Shown here: positions 37,501-45,752 of the stretch, piece after piece
Position numbering within the stretch: position 1 is the stretch's first letter
Layout: every line of letters begins with the position of its first letter
Virus record (IMG/VR): IMGVR_UViG_3300017912_000240
Coordinates: 1 to 56,368 of that record
Source: a virus
Lineage: Duplodnaviria; Caudoviricetes
Reading direction: 5' to 3' (one strand)
DNA length: 56,368 nt
Program-made: the position numbers and the translations under genes
Notes under the pieces: model-generated
What the model saw: the letters and a program-made list of their open reading frames with translations, nothing else
What the model was told of the DNA's origin: nothing
Databases searched by the model: none

Positions 37501-38421
37501 TGGACTTCTCCTTTTGGAATAGATGAAGAGACAGGCCACTATGGTGCTAGTTATTTTAATCAGGGTAGACTAGACCCTTTTGAGTATGTTAGAAATGGAT
37601 TTAGATTACTTCACTCTGGATTAGCTATAAACAATCTAGATGCTGTTGAAAATAACAAACTATTGTTTGGCTCTCTAGACCAGTTTGCTGGTCCCTTTTT
37701 AAGCCCATCAATGATTACAGAGGCAGGCATTCAGGTTCTTTCAGGTAAGACTAGATATGGTGACGAAACAGATAGTCTGGTAGGGTCTCTAGCAAATAGA
37801 CTAGAACCATTAGTGGGACTGGAAAAGGGCGTGTTTGTTCCAGGAACTGTAAAGCTGTTGCAAAGACGAATTAATTATAATGACTCTGTTAATGCAAGGG
37901 GTGAGGGCAACGCACTAAAGGATAGGAGTGGGGCTGTATATGACCCAGGTGAAACTGACCTTGGAGCATGGCTAGGTTTAAAGCGTCAGTTTCTAGATGT
38001 AACTGCTAATACTCCTTTTATGTATCAAGAATCTTTTAATAAAATTAATAGAGCAGGTGCGCCTCTTAATGTACTATTATCGACAGAGGCAGGTCTTGGG
38101 CCAGAGGATAGACAAGAAATTATTGACAAGATGATAGAGGCACAGAAAGTAAAAGCAGAGGGTCTTAAGGAAGTAAGAGCATTAACAAAAAAGATGAGGG
38201 CTTTGTACGGGGATGACTTTAATAGAGAGTTTTACAGAGGATTAAACTTTAAGAGAGAGCAGTCTGCACAAAACTTAAACTCTTTGTCACAGGCTATGAA
38301 TAATATATTTGTCCCTTACATGCCGAAAAAAACTAGAACACAGTTTGTATTAGACCAGTACAGGCCTGATGAAGATTTCTTTAAAATTTATCAAGAATAT
38401 GCGGGAGCAACAATAGAATGA
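34600..38421 (+). CDS. Large internal virion (ejection) protein
   Basis: 1273 aa, helical, last structural gene before the lysis genes. Confidence 0.6.
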   Translation: MSLSAYSRDFQNTLRELQEKGVTSLSSPEGQEVLNKVGITSEDFLSARDRYVEAAERGETDFRGLEELGDVGAPLRVLGRAVGDAASGIIESSAEILEEVGGEDIVNSISSAADTLGEALPESVKLYADEIFDPYHGEGLLGTVEDFSGTIGSYIIPGKAIIKGTNLALRTGRATPGVRALVDDGLEQVENNKRIKGFFDMGAKGAAYSAGAALIEEPEDNLVNILIEQFPEAEQYLGRIAVDPDDSEAEQLLKAFIANAGFGAALAPISAGAIYGAKYGIDGAGKVISKLPPIPEFSVNVPVLGEVTKDFFKINFSSLRGLSRESRDALLKRENAGVAGVAKALPLSEQLDEVLADEYAEGIITINKKNYDIREAAYNALTGKEGFSINNFSTDTKEVLQKMRNNIDAETKKSFAVNPDGVEEFIFAKDVSRPSAGIRGETAVKFNKNLDSYVTQSYKFFDNPKFRKQRQQELQKYVNEGIDTSEGKVFERAVRSLLKEGEITDSGEARRFLQELIDANPTGDVTKDLLTMANKFSTVKVGGEKKLKSQAFKDLLGEVKDPSKSYQITMGKLAELNAEKELMNTIAQDVINSGAKVFPTSPGIGENIGKAKDLGEIATQRAKLVFGLDDEAAREFATPLQNVFYDQAYYLALKDGLNSVRPDSNVMKAFVAMKGLSQTAATALSIPTHGVNMMGNQIMLIANGMFGGKETGKSIKFATQKLLEQTPKEMQERYGRYVELGVASSGLTSGVIRKNLQALDITAQKNPEKIFTGLNDFKAAPATTTLKGVRKVLFEKPLEAYQLEDDVFKIAHFENTITDLKKSQQLTKKFNNLGKERNLSGKDLENFVEKQFEEEAAKRTRDLMPNYNLTPRFVQNIRSAPIGDFAAFPAEMLRVTTNLARYTIDDITSSDPALQAMGFKRLGGSTAVAVAGPALSAYSREMHGITKEQAEAAEFAVPDWEYKTNKIWTSPFGIDEETGHYGASYFNQGRLDPFEYVRNGFRLLHSGLAINNLDAVENNKLLFGSLDQFAGPFLSPSMITEAGIQVLSGKTRYGDETDSLVGSLANRLEPLVGLEKGVFVPGTVKLLQRRINYNDSVNARGEGNALKDRSGAVYDPGETDLGAWLGLKRQFLDVTANTPFMYQESFNKINRAGAPLNVLLSTEAGLGPEDRQEIIDKMIEAQKVKAEGLKEVRALTKKMRALYGDDFNREFYRGLNFKREQSAQNLNSLSQAMNNIFVPYMPKKTRTQFVLDQYRPDEDFFKIYQEYAGATIE

Positions 38422-38843
38422 ACTATAATAAGGAAAGGCTGATAGACCAGTTAATTAGACATGAAGGAATGGAACTTAAGGTATACAAAGACAGTCTTGG
38501 TATTGAAACAATTGGTATCGGGCGTAACCTCGTGGACAGGGGAGTTACTGAAGAAGAAGCTCGTTATCTGTGCAACAACGATATTGAAATTGTTGAGCGA
38601 GAGCTTGTTCAAAGTTTTCCTATTGTTAGCAGCCTTAACGATACTCGCATTAGGGTTCTTCTTGACATGGCTTTCAATGTCGGCCTTCCTCGTTTACGAG
38701 GGTTTAAAAGAATGTGGGCGGCTTTGGACAACCAAGATTACGTAGAGGCTGCAAAAGAAATGCTAGACAGTAAGTGGGCTAGACAGGTAAAGACAAGAGC
38801 CTATACACTTGCTCGTATGATGGAGACTGGAGAAGATGTCTGA
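38418..38843 (+). CDS. Endolysin, phage lysozyme family
   Basis: HEG...YKDSLG..TIGIGRNL triad; DMAFNVG; EMLDSKWARQV. Confidence 0.85.
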   Translation: MNYNKERLIDQLIRHEGMELKVYKDSLGIETIGIGRNLVDRGVTEEEARYLCNNDIEIVERELVQSFPIVSSLNDTRIRVLLDMAFNVGLPRLRGFKRMWAALDNQDYVEAAKEMLDSKWARQVKTRAYTLARMMETGEDV

Positions 38844-39567
38844 TTTTTCTAGTATAACAAGAGCAGGTAAGCATGAGCCATTTGGACTACATGTAAAACG
38901 TGGTTATGTACAAGGCCACGAGCATGTACATAAATTTGGATTTAATACATCTGTAACTACATCTGCTACACTTATATGGAATGGCGGTGGTGACTACACG
39001 TACCCAACAACTGCTGCAGTTCTTGGTGTTGTAGGAACCAGCACAACAGATAACTCACAAATAACTGTTCAAGGTGTAGATGGTGACTACAATGAGCTTT
39101 CTAATATTGTAACTCTTAATGGTACAACTACAGTCACTACTAGTGGTACATTTTTACGTGCATATAGAGCATTTGTAAGCGATGACAATGAGCCTGCTGG
39201 TGATGTAACAATTACACACTCAGGAGATACTGTGGCTATTGTTAGTGAGGGCGAAGGGCAAACTTTAATGGCTACATATACTGTGCCTGCTGGTTATACT
39301 GCTTACTTGTATCAGCTTGTTTTTGGTGGTGCAGCAGAAGTTGCAAATAAGTTTATGACTGTACGTCTTAGAATTAGAGAACCTGGTGGTATTTTTAGAA
39401 CACAAGCAAAGTATACAACTGCTGCACAAACTTTTGAAGAAATTATGGAATTTCCCTTAAAGTTTACAGAAAAAACTGACATTGAAATAACTGCACAGGC
39501 AAGCTCTGGTACGCAACAAGCCTCTGCAATGTTTGATTTACTATTAATTAAAAACGAAAGTACATAA
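38836..39567 (+). CDS. Conserved hypothetical beta-rich protein
   Basis: VHKFGFN...YTVPAGYTAYL...EKTDIE. Confidence 0.65.
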   Translation: MSDFSSITRAGKHEPFGLHVKRGYVQGHEHVHKFGFNTSVTTSATLIWNGGGDYTYPTTAAVLGVVGTSTTDNSQITVQGVDGDYNELSNIVTLNGTTTVTTSGTFLRAYRAFVSDDNEPAGDVTITHSGDTVAIVSEGEGQTLMATYTVPAGYTAYLYQLVFGGAAEVANKFMTVRLRIREPGGIFRTQAKYTTAAQTFEEIMEFPLKFTEKTDIEITAQASSGTQQASAMFDLLLIKNEST

Positions 39568-39568
39568 A

Positions 39569-39934
39569 ATGATACAATTTTTAACACCAATTGCTAATCT
39601 AGCTGGTCAGTGGATGGCTAACCGTGCAGAAAAAGCTAAAGCAAAGCAAGCACTAGAGGTTGCCAAGATTGAGGCTAAAACAAAGAAGGTACAGTCTGAT
39701 GCAAGTTGGGAAGAGACTGCTATGTCTGCTTCTGCAGACTCGTGGAAAGACGAGGCATGGACTTTAACTTTTATCGCTTTAATTTTTGCATGCTTCGTTC
39801 CTGCACTACAGCCCTATATTGAGGACGGCTTCCGCTTTCTGCGAGAAGACTGTCCTGAATGGCTGTCTTGGGGAATACTTGCCAGCATAGCTGCCAGCTT
39901 TGGCCTAAAGTCCATCGGAAAACTCAAGGGCTGA
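39569..39934 (+). CDS. Putative holin
   Basis: SWKDE motif, two TM segments, ASFG ending; near the lysozyme gene. Confidence 0.6.
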   Translation: MIQFLTPIANLAGQWMANRAEKAKAKQALEVAKIEAKTKKVQSDASWEETAMSASADSWKDEAWTLTFIALIFACFVPALQPYIEDGFRFLREDCPEWLSWGILASIAASFGLKSIGKLKG

Positions 39935-40939
39935 GTTCATCATTTCCTTAAGCATGTCGTCAAAAGTATACTTTGGTTCCCAACCAAGGACTTCTTTGGC
40001 CTTTGTTGCATCACCACACAGAAGGTCAACTTCTGCTGGTCGGTAATACTTAGGGTCAACACGAATAACAACATCACCAAACATGTCTACGCCTACTTCG
40101 TCTAGGCCATCACCATCCCATGTTATTCTGTTGCCTACATAATCAAAGCATTTTTCTATCATCTGTCTAATTGAGTGTAACTCCCCTGTGGCTAACACAT
40201 AGTCATCAGGATTGGGCTGTTGTACCATTAGATACATGCCTTCAACATAATCCTTTGCATGTCCCCAGTCACGTTGAGCGTCAAGATTGCCTACACTAAT
40301 GTGGTTAATCTTAGAGTTTTGTATATCTGCAATACCTTTTACAACCTTTTGTGTTACAAATTCTCTACCACGATAGGGAGACTCGTGATTAAATAGAATG
40401 CCATTTGATGCATGCATGTCATATGCTTCACGATAATTTTTTACAGTCCAGAAGGCAAACTGTTTAGCAACACCATAGGGAGAGCGTGGATAAAACGGAG
40501 TTGTCTCTGTCTGGGGTGTTTCCTGTACCTTGCCATAAAGCTCTGATGTAGAGGCTTGATAAAACTTGGTATGATTTTCCATGCCTAATGTACGAATGCA
40601 CTCTAAGAGCCTTAAAACCCCCATAGCGTCCACGTCAGCTGTGTATTCTGGTACGTCAAAAGAGACACGCACATGAGACTGTGCCGCTAGATTATAAACC
40701 TCATCAAATATATGTGTATCAAACAACTTAATCAGGCTTCCTGTATCAGTGAGGTCGCCGTGATGTAGATGTAGGTTGTCGTGATTTAGAATATTTTCTA
40801 TACGTTTTAAACCATCATTTGATGTACGGCGATATAGAGCATGTACTTTATATCCTTTGTTTAGCAGTAGCTCTGCTAGATAGCCGCCATCCTGACCTGT
40901 AATACCAGTTATAAAAGCTGTTTTATTTCTATCGTCCAT
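39905..40939 (-). CDS. gmd: GDP-mannose 4,6-dehydratase
   Basis: ITGITGQDG, NLAAQSHV, YQASTSELYG, SPYGVAK, LFNHES, RDWGHA and YYRPAEVD motifs. Confidence 0.95.
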   Translation of the reverse strand: MDDRNKTAFITGITGQDGGYLAELLLNKGYKVHALYRRTSNDGLKRIENILNHDNLHLHHGDLTDTGSLIKLFDTHIFDEVYNLAAQSHVRVSFDVPEYTADVDAMGVLRLLECIRTLGMENHTKFYQASTSELYGKVQETPQTETTPFYPRSPYGVAKQFAFWTVKNYREAYDMHASNGILFNHESPYRGREFVTQKVVKGIADIQNSKINHISVGNLDAQRDWGHAKDYVEGMYLMVQQPNPDDYVLATGELHSIRQMIEKCFDYVGNRITWDGDGLDEVGVDMFGDVVIRVDPKYYRPAEVDLLCGDATKAKEVLGWEPKYTFDDMLKEMMNSALEFSDGL

Positions 40940-41135
40940 AATAAAGCGACCTAGTATTTTGATTAATTATTTTTGGACACCTATCATCGTAATAAATCTG
41001 ATGTGTCTTCTTTGTTTTTTTGTAATCCTTACACTGATATGTACACCTGCGTACTAATGTTGCAGGTTTACCGTGCATATATGCCATTGTTACCCCCTGC
41101 ATATATAGGTAACAAAGCGCACTAGCTGCTGTTAT
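40929..41135 (-). CDS. Small Cys-rich, possibly secreted protein
   Basis: Overlaps both neighbours; CxYxC motif. Confidence 0.45.
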   Translation of the reverse strand: MTAASALCYLYMQGVTMAYMHGKPATLVRRCTYQCKDYKKTKKTHQIYYDDRCPKIINQNTRSLYYGR

Positions 41136-41562
41136 CATCTTCAAAGTCCTCTGGAAATGTTTCGATTAAAATAGAATATATCTTTTCTTTACCAATAATT
41201 TTAATACAATTTTTTATTTCGTTTTCAAGAGTATCTAAATCATCGGGTACATTATCTTCTTGATTGTTACCCCGCACACGAGACAAAAGCTCAAGTGCTT
41301 TTAGTGCTGTCTGTCCATGACCGTTTGATTTAGCTGCCTCATATTGTTTCTCTAATTCAGATATAACATCTACATCTGTTGTTATCTCACTACCTAACTC
41401 TTCAATTCTTTCCTGTATCTCTGGTCTTTTTAAAAGCTCGTGACCTTGATTGTATGCTGACCTTTCACTATACCCTGCAGCAACAGCAGACTTTGTGGCG
41501 TTCCTGCTAATATAGTAATTCTGTGCAAATTTTTCCCACTTTTCTTTCTCAAGAACGCCCAT
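41122..41562 (-). CDS. terS: Terminase small subunit
   Basis: FAQNY...NATKSAVAAGYS..SA...GHELL.RPEI...I HTH signature. Confidence 0.8.
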   Translation of the reverse strand: MGVLEKEKWEKFAQNYYISRNATKSAVAAGYSERSAYNQGHELLKRPEIQERIEELGSEITTDVDVISELEKQYEAAKSNGHGQTALKALELLSRVRGNNQEDNVPDDLDTLENEIKNCIKIIGKEKIYSILIETFPEDFEDDNSS

Positions 41563-43822
41563 CTAAAAACTCCTGAAAAGGAATAAGACTTTCATTATAG
41601 TATGATTGTTTGAAGACTTGAGATGCCAGAGTATTCTTGCCATAAAACTTTATATTAAGGCCAATATCTTTCTTTTCAAAAAGCTTTTCTAAATCTTGTG
41701 CCAATGCCAGTAGTTCTCCTGTTGTCCAGAATTTAACACCACCTGTTTCAACATGAATGTATTTAGAATTGCCCATACCGTCTAGTTCTTCTTTGCCCTT
41801 CTCTGCAACCTTTTCAGAAACAGAGCAATCAAAGCCAAAGAGATGTACATTCCTATAACCAATAGTATCGAGAAGACCCAGTGTGCGTGTGGCCGAACAT
41901 GTACCGCCAGAGATTAGTACCTCTCCCTTATTGATTCCAAGCTCTTCATTAATCTTTACGCTGTCAGTTACTGACATGTCACGAACTGCGTCTGTGAATG
42001 CATGGAACCCTAAAACATTATCTGTGCGTTCAAGAATATAATCTGTAACAGACAGGTCTGTCATGCTGGCAATAAAAAATAATGTACTAGGGTCAATTTT
42101 TTTAAACAAATCCTTACGTATAAAACCGTGTGTGCTTTCTCCCTCTAATGGTCGAGGGTCTAGAACAACACAGCCAAATGGTTTAATACCATTTTTTAGT
42201 AGGCGAGGATAGGAATGTTTTACACAGAATACTTTGGCATTGTGTTTTTTTATTAGGCGTTTTACTTCAGCAAAGTTTACGTCACCCCCTGACACAATAA
42301 TTGCATGTTCGTCTGTAGCCTTGTAATTTTTAACCCAGTCAAAGTTTTTAATCTTTTTAATATTTTCTTTAATGTTATTCTGAATATCATCAGAAGGCAT
42401 AGAATCTTTAGGCTTAACAATAATCGGAACACGCAACAAACTTGCAGGAATATCTTTTTCTTTTTTAGATACAACAACTGCTAAATGTACAATAGAGTCA
42501 AAGGCAGTGCGGTCATCTGATGGTATGATTGCTTTATTTTTTTCTTCGATATTTGTAAAGACATTAATAATTCCTTGATGCTCTTCTTCTTCTACAGGCT
42601 TGCCATTCCGTGTGTAGAAGTCGTCAAAGACTACAACGGGAACATCAGAAAGATAATTATAATCATTAGAAACAGTTTCATAAGAGTGACCACCATCAAT
42701 GTATGCAAAGTCTACGTCATCAAGGCGAGACTTTTTAAGCGTATCCTTTGTGTTGCCTTTGTTTAGCATCCAACTAAACTCTTTACCATTCTCCATCATC
42801 TTATCAGAGAACTGCCGCAGTCTTTCGTTAACTGCTTCTTCAAGATTGTGTTGTTTAATATTTAGTTCTTCTTTGTCTGTTTCTTCTGTTGCCTCTTCAA
42901 ACAAATCAAACCCACGATAGTGTACCTTGTCTACATTTTCAAAAGCAGCAAGAGCCATCTCGATTGCACGACCACCGTTCCACGTTCCTGTTTCTACAAT
43001 AGTAAAGGTATCCCTGCCTTCGGAATAATATCTAATTAGGTCAGCAAGTTTTTTATATCGTTGTGGTCCTACTACATCAGGTGATGTTTGATTGTATTTC
43101 AGGTTTCCTTTATTGTGAATAAAGTATTCTCCTAACATACACTGGTCAAAGACAGACAGTCCTCGAACACCCTCTGATAGATTACGTACCTTTGCGCCGT
43201 GAGCTTCGTATATCTTTAGTAAACGAGTAAAGATAAAGGAATCTGTCCACTCACGATATCCAAACACTTCGTTGGTATCATATGCACCACGAATGTCAAC
43301 GATAAGAGAGGCAGCATTGTGCATGCCCATATTCCAGCCTATAAAACCTGTTTCACTGTAGTCGATATCAGTACGACCAAGGTGTACAATATCTGCGTTA
43401 GGGGGCAGAATTTTTTCTGCATCTTCTGCTTTGAACATTTTCTTGGTAACTGTATCGGCATCAAGCCATACGAGCCAGCCCTTATATTCATCTTTAATAA
43501 GTTCAAAGGCAAGGTCTGAATAGGCGTATACTTTGTGACAAAAGCGCACTGCGTCAAATCTATAATTATAGGGTGCTTCAGCAAAGCGTCCGTTCTTATC
43601 TGAGTTACGTTTAATAAAGCTAGAGCGTGCATCAATATGTTCTATGTCACGATACTCTATCTGTGGCGACTGAACCAAGCCGCTTGCATCTTTGTATCCC
43701 TCAAGATAAACAACCAATCGAAAGTCGTCTGGCTTCCACTTTTCAGCCACAGACTCCAGCATTTTCCTCGCATAAACATCATAGTCTTCCTTTCGGAAGC
43801 TGGTTACAAAAGTATAGTCCAT
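41549..43822 (-). CDS. Three-domain protein: GT-A glycosyltransferase + class I SAM methyltransferase + Maf/DUF115-like domain
   Basis: N-term RFCHKV, WLDAD, ETGF; middle ETGTWNG, GFDLFE, IDGGHSY, VVFDD; C-term IIVSGG, VVLDPRP, GGTCSA...GYRNVHLFGFDCS. Confidence 0.7.
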   Translation of the reverse strand: MDYTFVTSFRKEDYDVYARKMLESVAEKWKPDDFRLVVYLEGYKDASGLVQSPQIEYRDIEHIDARSSFIKRNSDKNGRFAEAPYNYRFDAVRFCHKVYAYSDLAFELIKDEYKGWLVWLDADTVTKKMFKAEDAEKILPPNADIVHLGRTDIDYSETGFIGWNMGMHNAASLIVDIRGAYDTNEVFGYREWTDSFIFTRLLKIYEAHGAKVRNLSEGVRGLSVFDQCMLGEYFIHNKGNLKYNQTSPDVVGPQRYKKLADLIRYYSEGRDTFTIVETGTWNGGRAIEMALAAFENVDKVHYRGFDLFEEATEETDKEELNIKQHNLEEAVNERLRQFSDKMMENGKEFSWMLNKGNTKDTLKKSRLDDVDFAYIDGGHSYETVSNDYNYLSDVPVVVFDDFYTRNGKPVEEEEHQGIINVFTNIEEKNKAIIPSDDRTAFDSIVHLAVVVSKKEKDIPASLLRVPIIVKPKDSMPSDDIQNNIKENIKKIKNFDWVKNYKATDEHAIIVSGGDVNFAEVKRLIKKHNAKVFCVKHSYPRLLKNGIKPFGCVVLDPRPLEGESTHGFIRKDLFKKIDPSTLFFIASMTDLSVTDYILERTDNVLGFHAFTDAVRDMSVTDSVKINEELGINKGEVLISGGTCSATRTLGLLDTIGYRNVHLFGFDCSVSEKVAEKGKEELDGMGNSKYIHVETGGVKFWTTGELLALAQDLEKLFEKKDIGLNIKFYGKNTLASQVFKQSYYNESLIPFQEFLDGRS

Positions 43823-44586
43823 TATAAACTTTCTAGTATAAGTTGTGTTTCAATTTCTTGTTCTGTTTTTTTCCACTCTTCTGCATAGGCTTCGTCAATA
43901 GGACGGGATGGTTTCCAGTCTGAGAACCACGGACCGCCTGTGGTAAAGTGTGCATTCTTTGCCTCTATATTAGGGTCAGAGTGTCCGTCTAGCCAATTCC
44001 ATTCTTGATGGATAGAACCAATCTCGTCATCTAGAAGCCAGCTAAATGAATGCAACCAAGAGCCTGTCTTCAGGTTGACTGCATCCACAGTAAGCTCAAG
44101 ATTACTTGGGTGACTACAATTAAACAAGACAAAGCTAGACCAGTTCTTTCTGTGATAACGTGTCTGTGCTACACCGTCCAGCTTTGTTCCTTCAGGTGGG
44201 GAATACTTGTGTTTGACACAATATGCTGCATAGGTTTCATCATTATATACTTTGAATATTCCATCAATGTCTGCACGTACCAGCATGTCGGCATCCATAA
44301 ATAAAGCCCATCCCTGATATTGATTTAGGGCAGGAACAAGAAACCTAGTAAATGTAAAGTCAGTGCTAAAAGGTTTCCCATCGAACTGGTCATATCGTTG
44401 CTTTGTATCATGGGGGTATACACGATAGCTACGGCGGTACAAACCAATGCGGCGTAGAGTAGGCTCCATAAGAGGAATAATATTATATTTGTCATTATAC
44501 TTTTTAATAGAGTGTACCAGAACCTCGTAGGCTCTGTGGTCTCTTAAATCATATCCAACATAGATAACTGGTTTAATCTTGTGCAT
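43822..44586 (-). CDS. Glycosyltransferase, GT8 / CDI-like
   Basis: YVGYD, STDFTFTRFLVP, FMDADML (DxD), RKNWSS, WNWL and HFTTGGPWF motifs. Confidence 0.8.
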   Translation of the reverse strand: MHKIKPVIYVGYDLRDHRAYEVLVHSIKKYNDKYNIIPLMEPTLRRIGLYRRSYRVYPHDTKQRYDQFDGKPFSTDFTFTRFLVPALNQYQGWALFMDADMLVRADIDGIFKVYNDETYAAYCVKHKYSPPEGTKLDGVAQTRYHRKNWSSFVLFNCSHPSNLELTVDAVNLKTGSWLHSFSWLLDDEIGSIHQEWNWLDGHSDPNIEAKNAHFTTGGPWFSDWKPSRPIDEAYAEEWKKTEQEIETQLILESL

Positions 44587-45220
44587 CTGCTTGCTTCCAG
44601 AAATATTCGTCAGTGTCGCCCAGTCTATACGTGTATCCATTCTCAACCTGATAGTACTCAGTTGACACTTTAAAGTCAGGCTGTTTCGGTGTACGTGGAG
44701 TCAAAGAATTATCGTAGACACGCATACGGTTATTTGGGTAAAGACAGTACTGCCCGTTATCTAGTTCTAACAGGTTAAATGATTTATGTTCTTCTGGCAC
44801 TTCAGAAGTGCTATAGTCAATCTCGTCTGCAGAGACATGATAGTTATCTAGGGTGCAGATATATGTACCGTGTATAGTTTGTTCATCCCTAGTAAATACC
44901 TCAAAGTCCATGCTTCCAATAAATTGTTTGTAAATGGAAGTAACACCATAGTCCATGCAGTTCCAAAACTGCAGGTTCGATAAACCTAAATCAGGGTCAG
45001 GTGTTTTTGGTTCTGAGACAAATGCAGATATGGGAAGCTTGTCATACAGCGCACCATACTCAGGCAGATATGTTTCAAAATAAAAGGCACGACCAGGAAT
45101 TGATTTAGCTGTTACCCAATGCCCCTCAACAAACTCCCCATGTCCTTTTTCTAAATCATACAGGTATTCTTTTCTAACATATACCTTTTGGTTGTGCATA
45201 TTACAAATTAAATGTGACAT
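44573..45220 (-). CDS. Conserved marine phage protein of unknown function
   Basis: VRKEYLYD...GALYDKLPISAF...EHKS...PNNR; AGGAG SD. Confidence 0.7.
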   Translation of the reverse strand: MSHLICNMHNQKVYVRKEYLYDLEKGHGEFVEGHWVTAKSIPGRAFYFETYLPEYGALYDKLPISAFVSEPKTPDPDLGLSNLQFWNCMDYGVTSIYKQFIGSMDFEVFTRDEQTIHGTYICTLDNYHVSADEIDYSTSEVPEEHKSFNLLELDNGQYCLYPNNRMRVYDNSLTPRTPKQPDFKVSTEYYQVENGYTYRLGDTDEYFWKQADAQD

Positions 45221-45235
45221 ATCTTCTCCTATAAG

Positions 45236-45291
45236 TGACGGTGGGAAGGGAGAGAGGAACCATGTGAGAGAGCAGGTACTTCCCACCGTCA
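45236..45291 (-). ncRNA. Structured leader or sRNA: 13-bp stem with a CU-rich loop
   Basis: TGACGGTGGGAAG / CTTCCCACCGTCA perfect inverted repeat starting at the predicted TSS. Confidence 0.5.
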
Positions 45292-45296
45292 ATACA

Positions 45297-45325
45297 ATTA
45301 TACAAAATTATATTTATAAAGTCAA
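45297..45325 (-). promoter_or_regulatory. Promoter TTGACT-N17-TATAAT for the glycosylation/TerS operon
   Basis: -35 at 45320-45325, -10 at 45297-45302. Confidence 0.75.
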
Positions 45326-45508
45326 GAAGTATTTTTTTACTACCTGTATCTTTTCATCAGCAGCTGCAATCTTTTCTAACTGGCTTTCGATGGCCTCTGC
45401 AATGTCTGGATGTTCTCCAATACCTGCAGGATTCTTTAGGTAAACATCTATGTTTGCCTCTGCCATAGCGATTTCACCCTCTAGCTTTTTAATAATTGCC
45501 TCTAACAT
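45314..45508 (-). CDS. Conserved small phage protein
   Basis: ANIDVYLxNPxGIGEHPDI motif. Confidence 0.7.
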   Translation of the reverse strand: MLEAIIKKLEGEIAMAEANIDVYLKNPAGIGEHPDIAEAIESQLEKIAAADEKIQVVKKYFLTL

Positions 45509-45509
45509 T

Positions 45510-45752
45510 CTAATCTCCTGTAAGTGTTAGCTCTGCATTGAGTTCTGAAAACCCACCAAGATAAGAGCCATTAATCATAATTTGTGGTACTGTTCGTTTG
45601 TGGGGAAAGAGTCGTGCAAACTCTTTAACGTCTACATCAACCCCTATTTCGTAGTAAGTGTAGGGTAGTCCTCTATCTTCACACAAAGACCTAGCCTTGT
45701 CACAAAAGCTACAGTATTTTTGTCCGTATATTTCAATCTTCTCAGTCATCAC
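45510..45752 (-). CDS. grx: Glutaredoxin
   Basis: CSFC, TVPQI and GGF motifs. Confidence 0.9.
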   Translation of the reverse strand: MMTEKIEIYGQKYCSFCDKARSLCEDRGLPYTYYEIGVDVDVKEFARLFPHKRTVPQIMINGSYLGGFSELNAELTLTGD

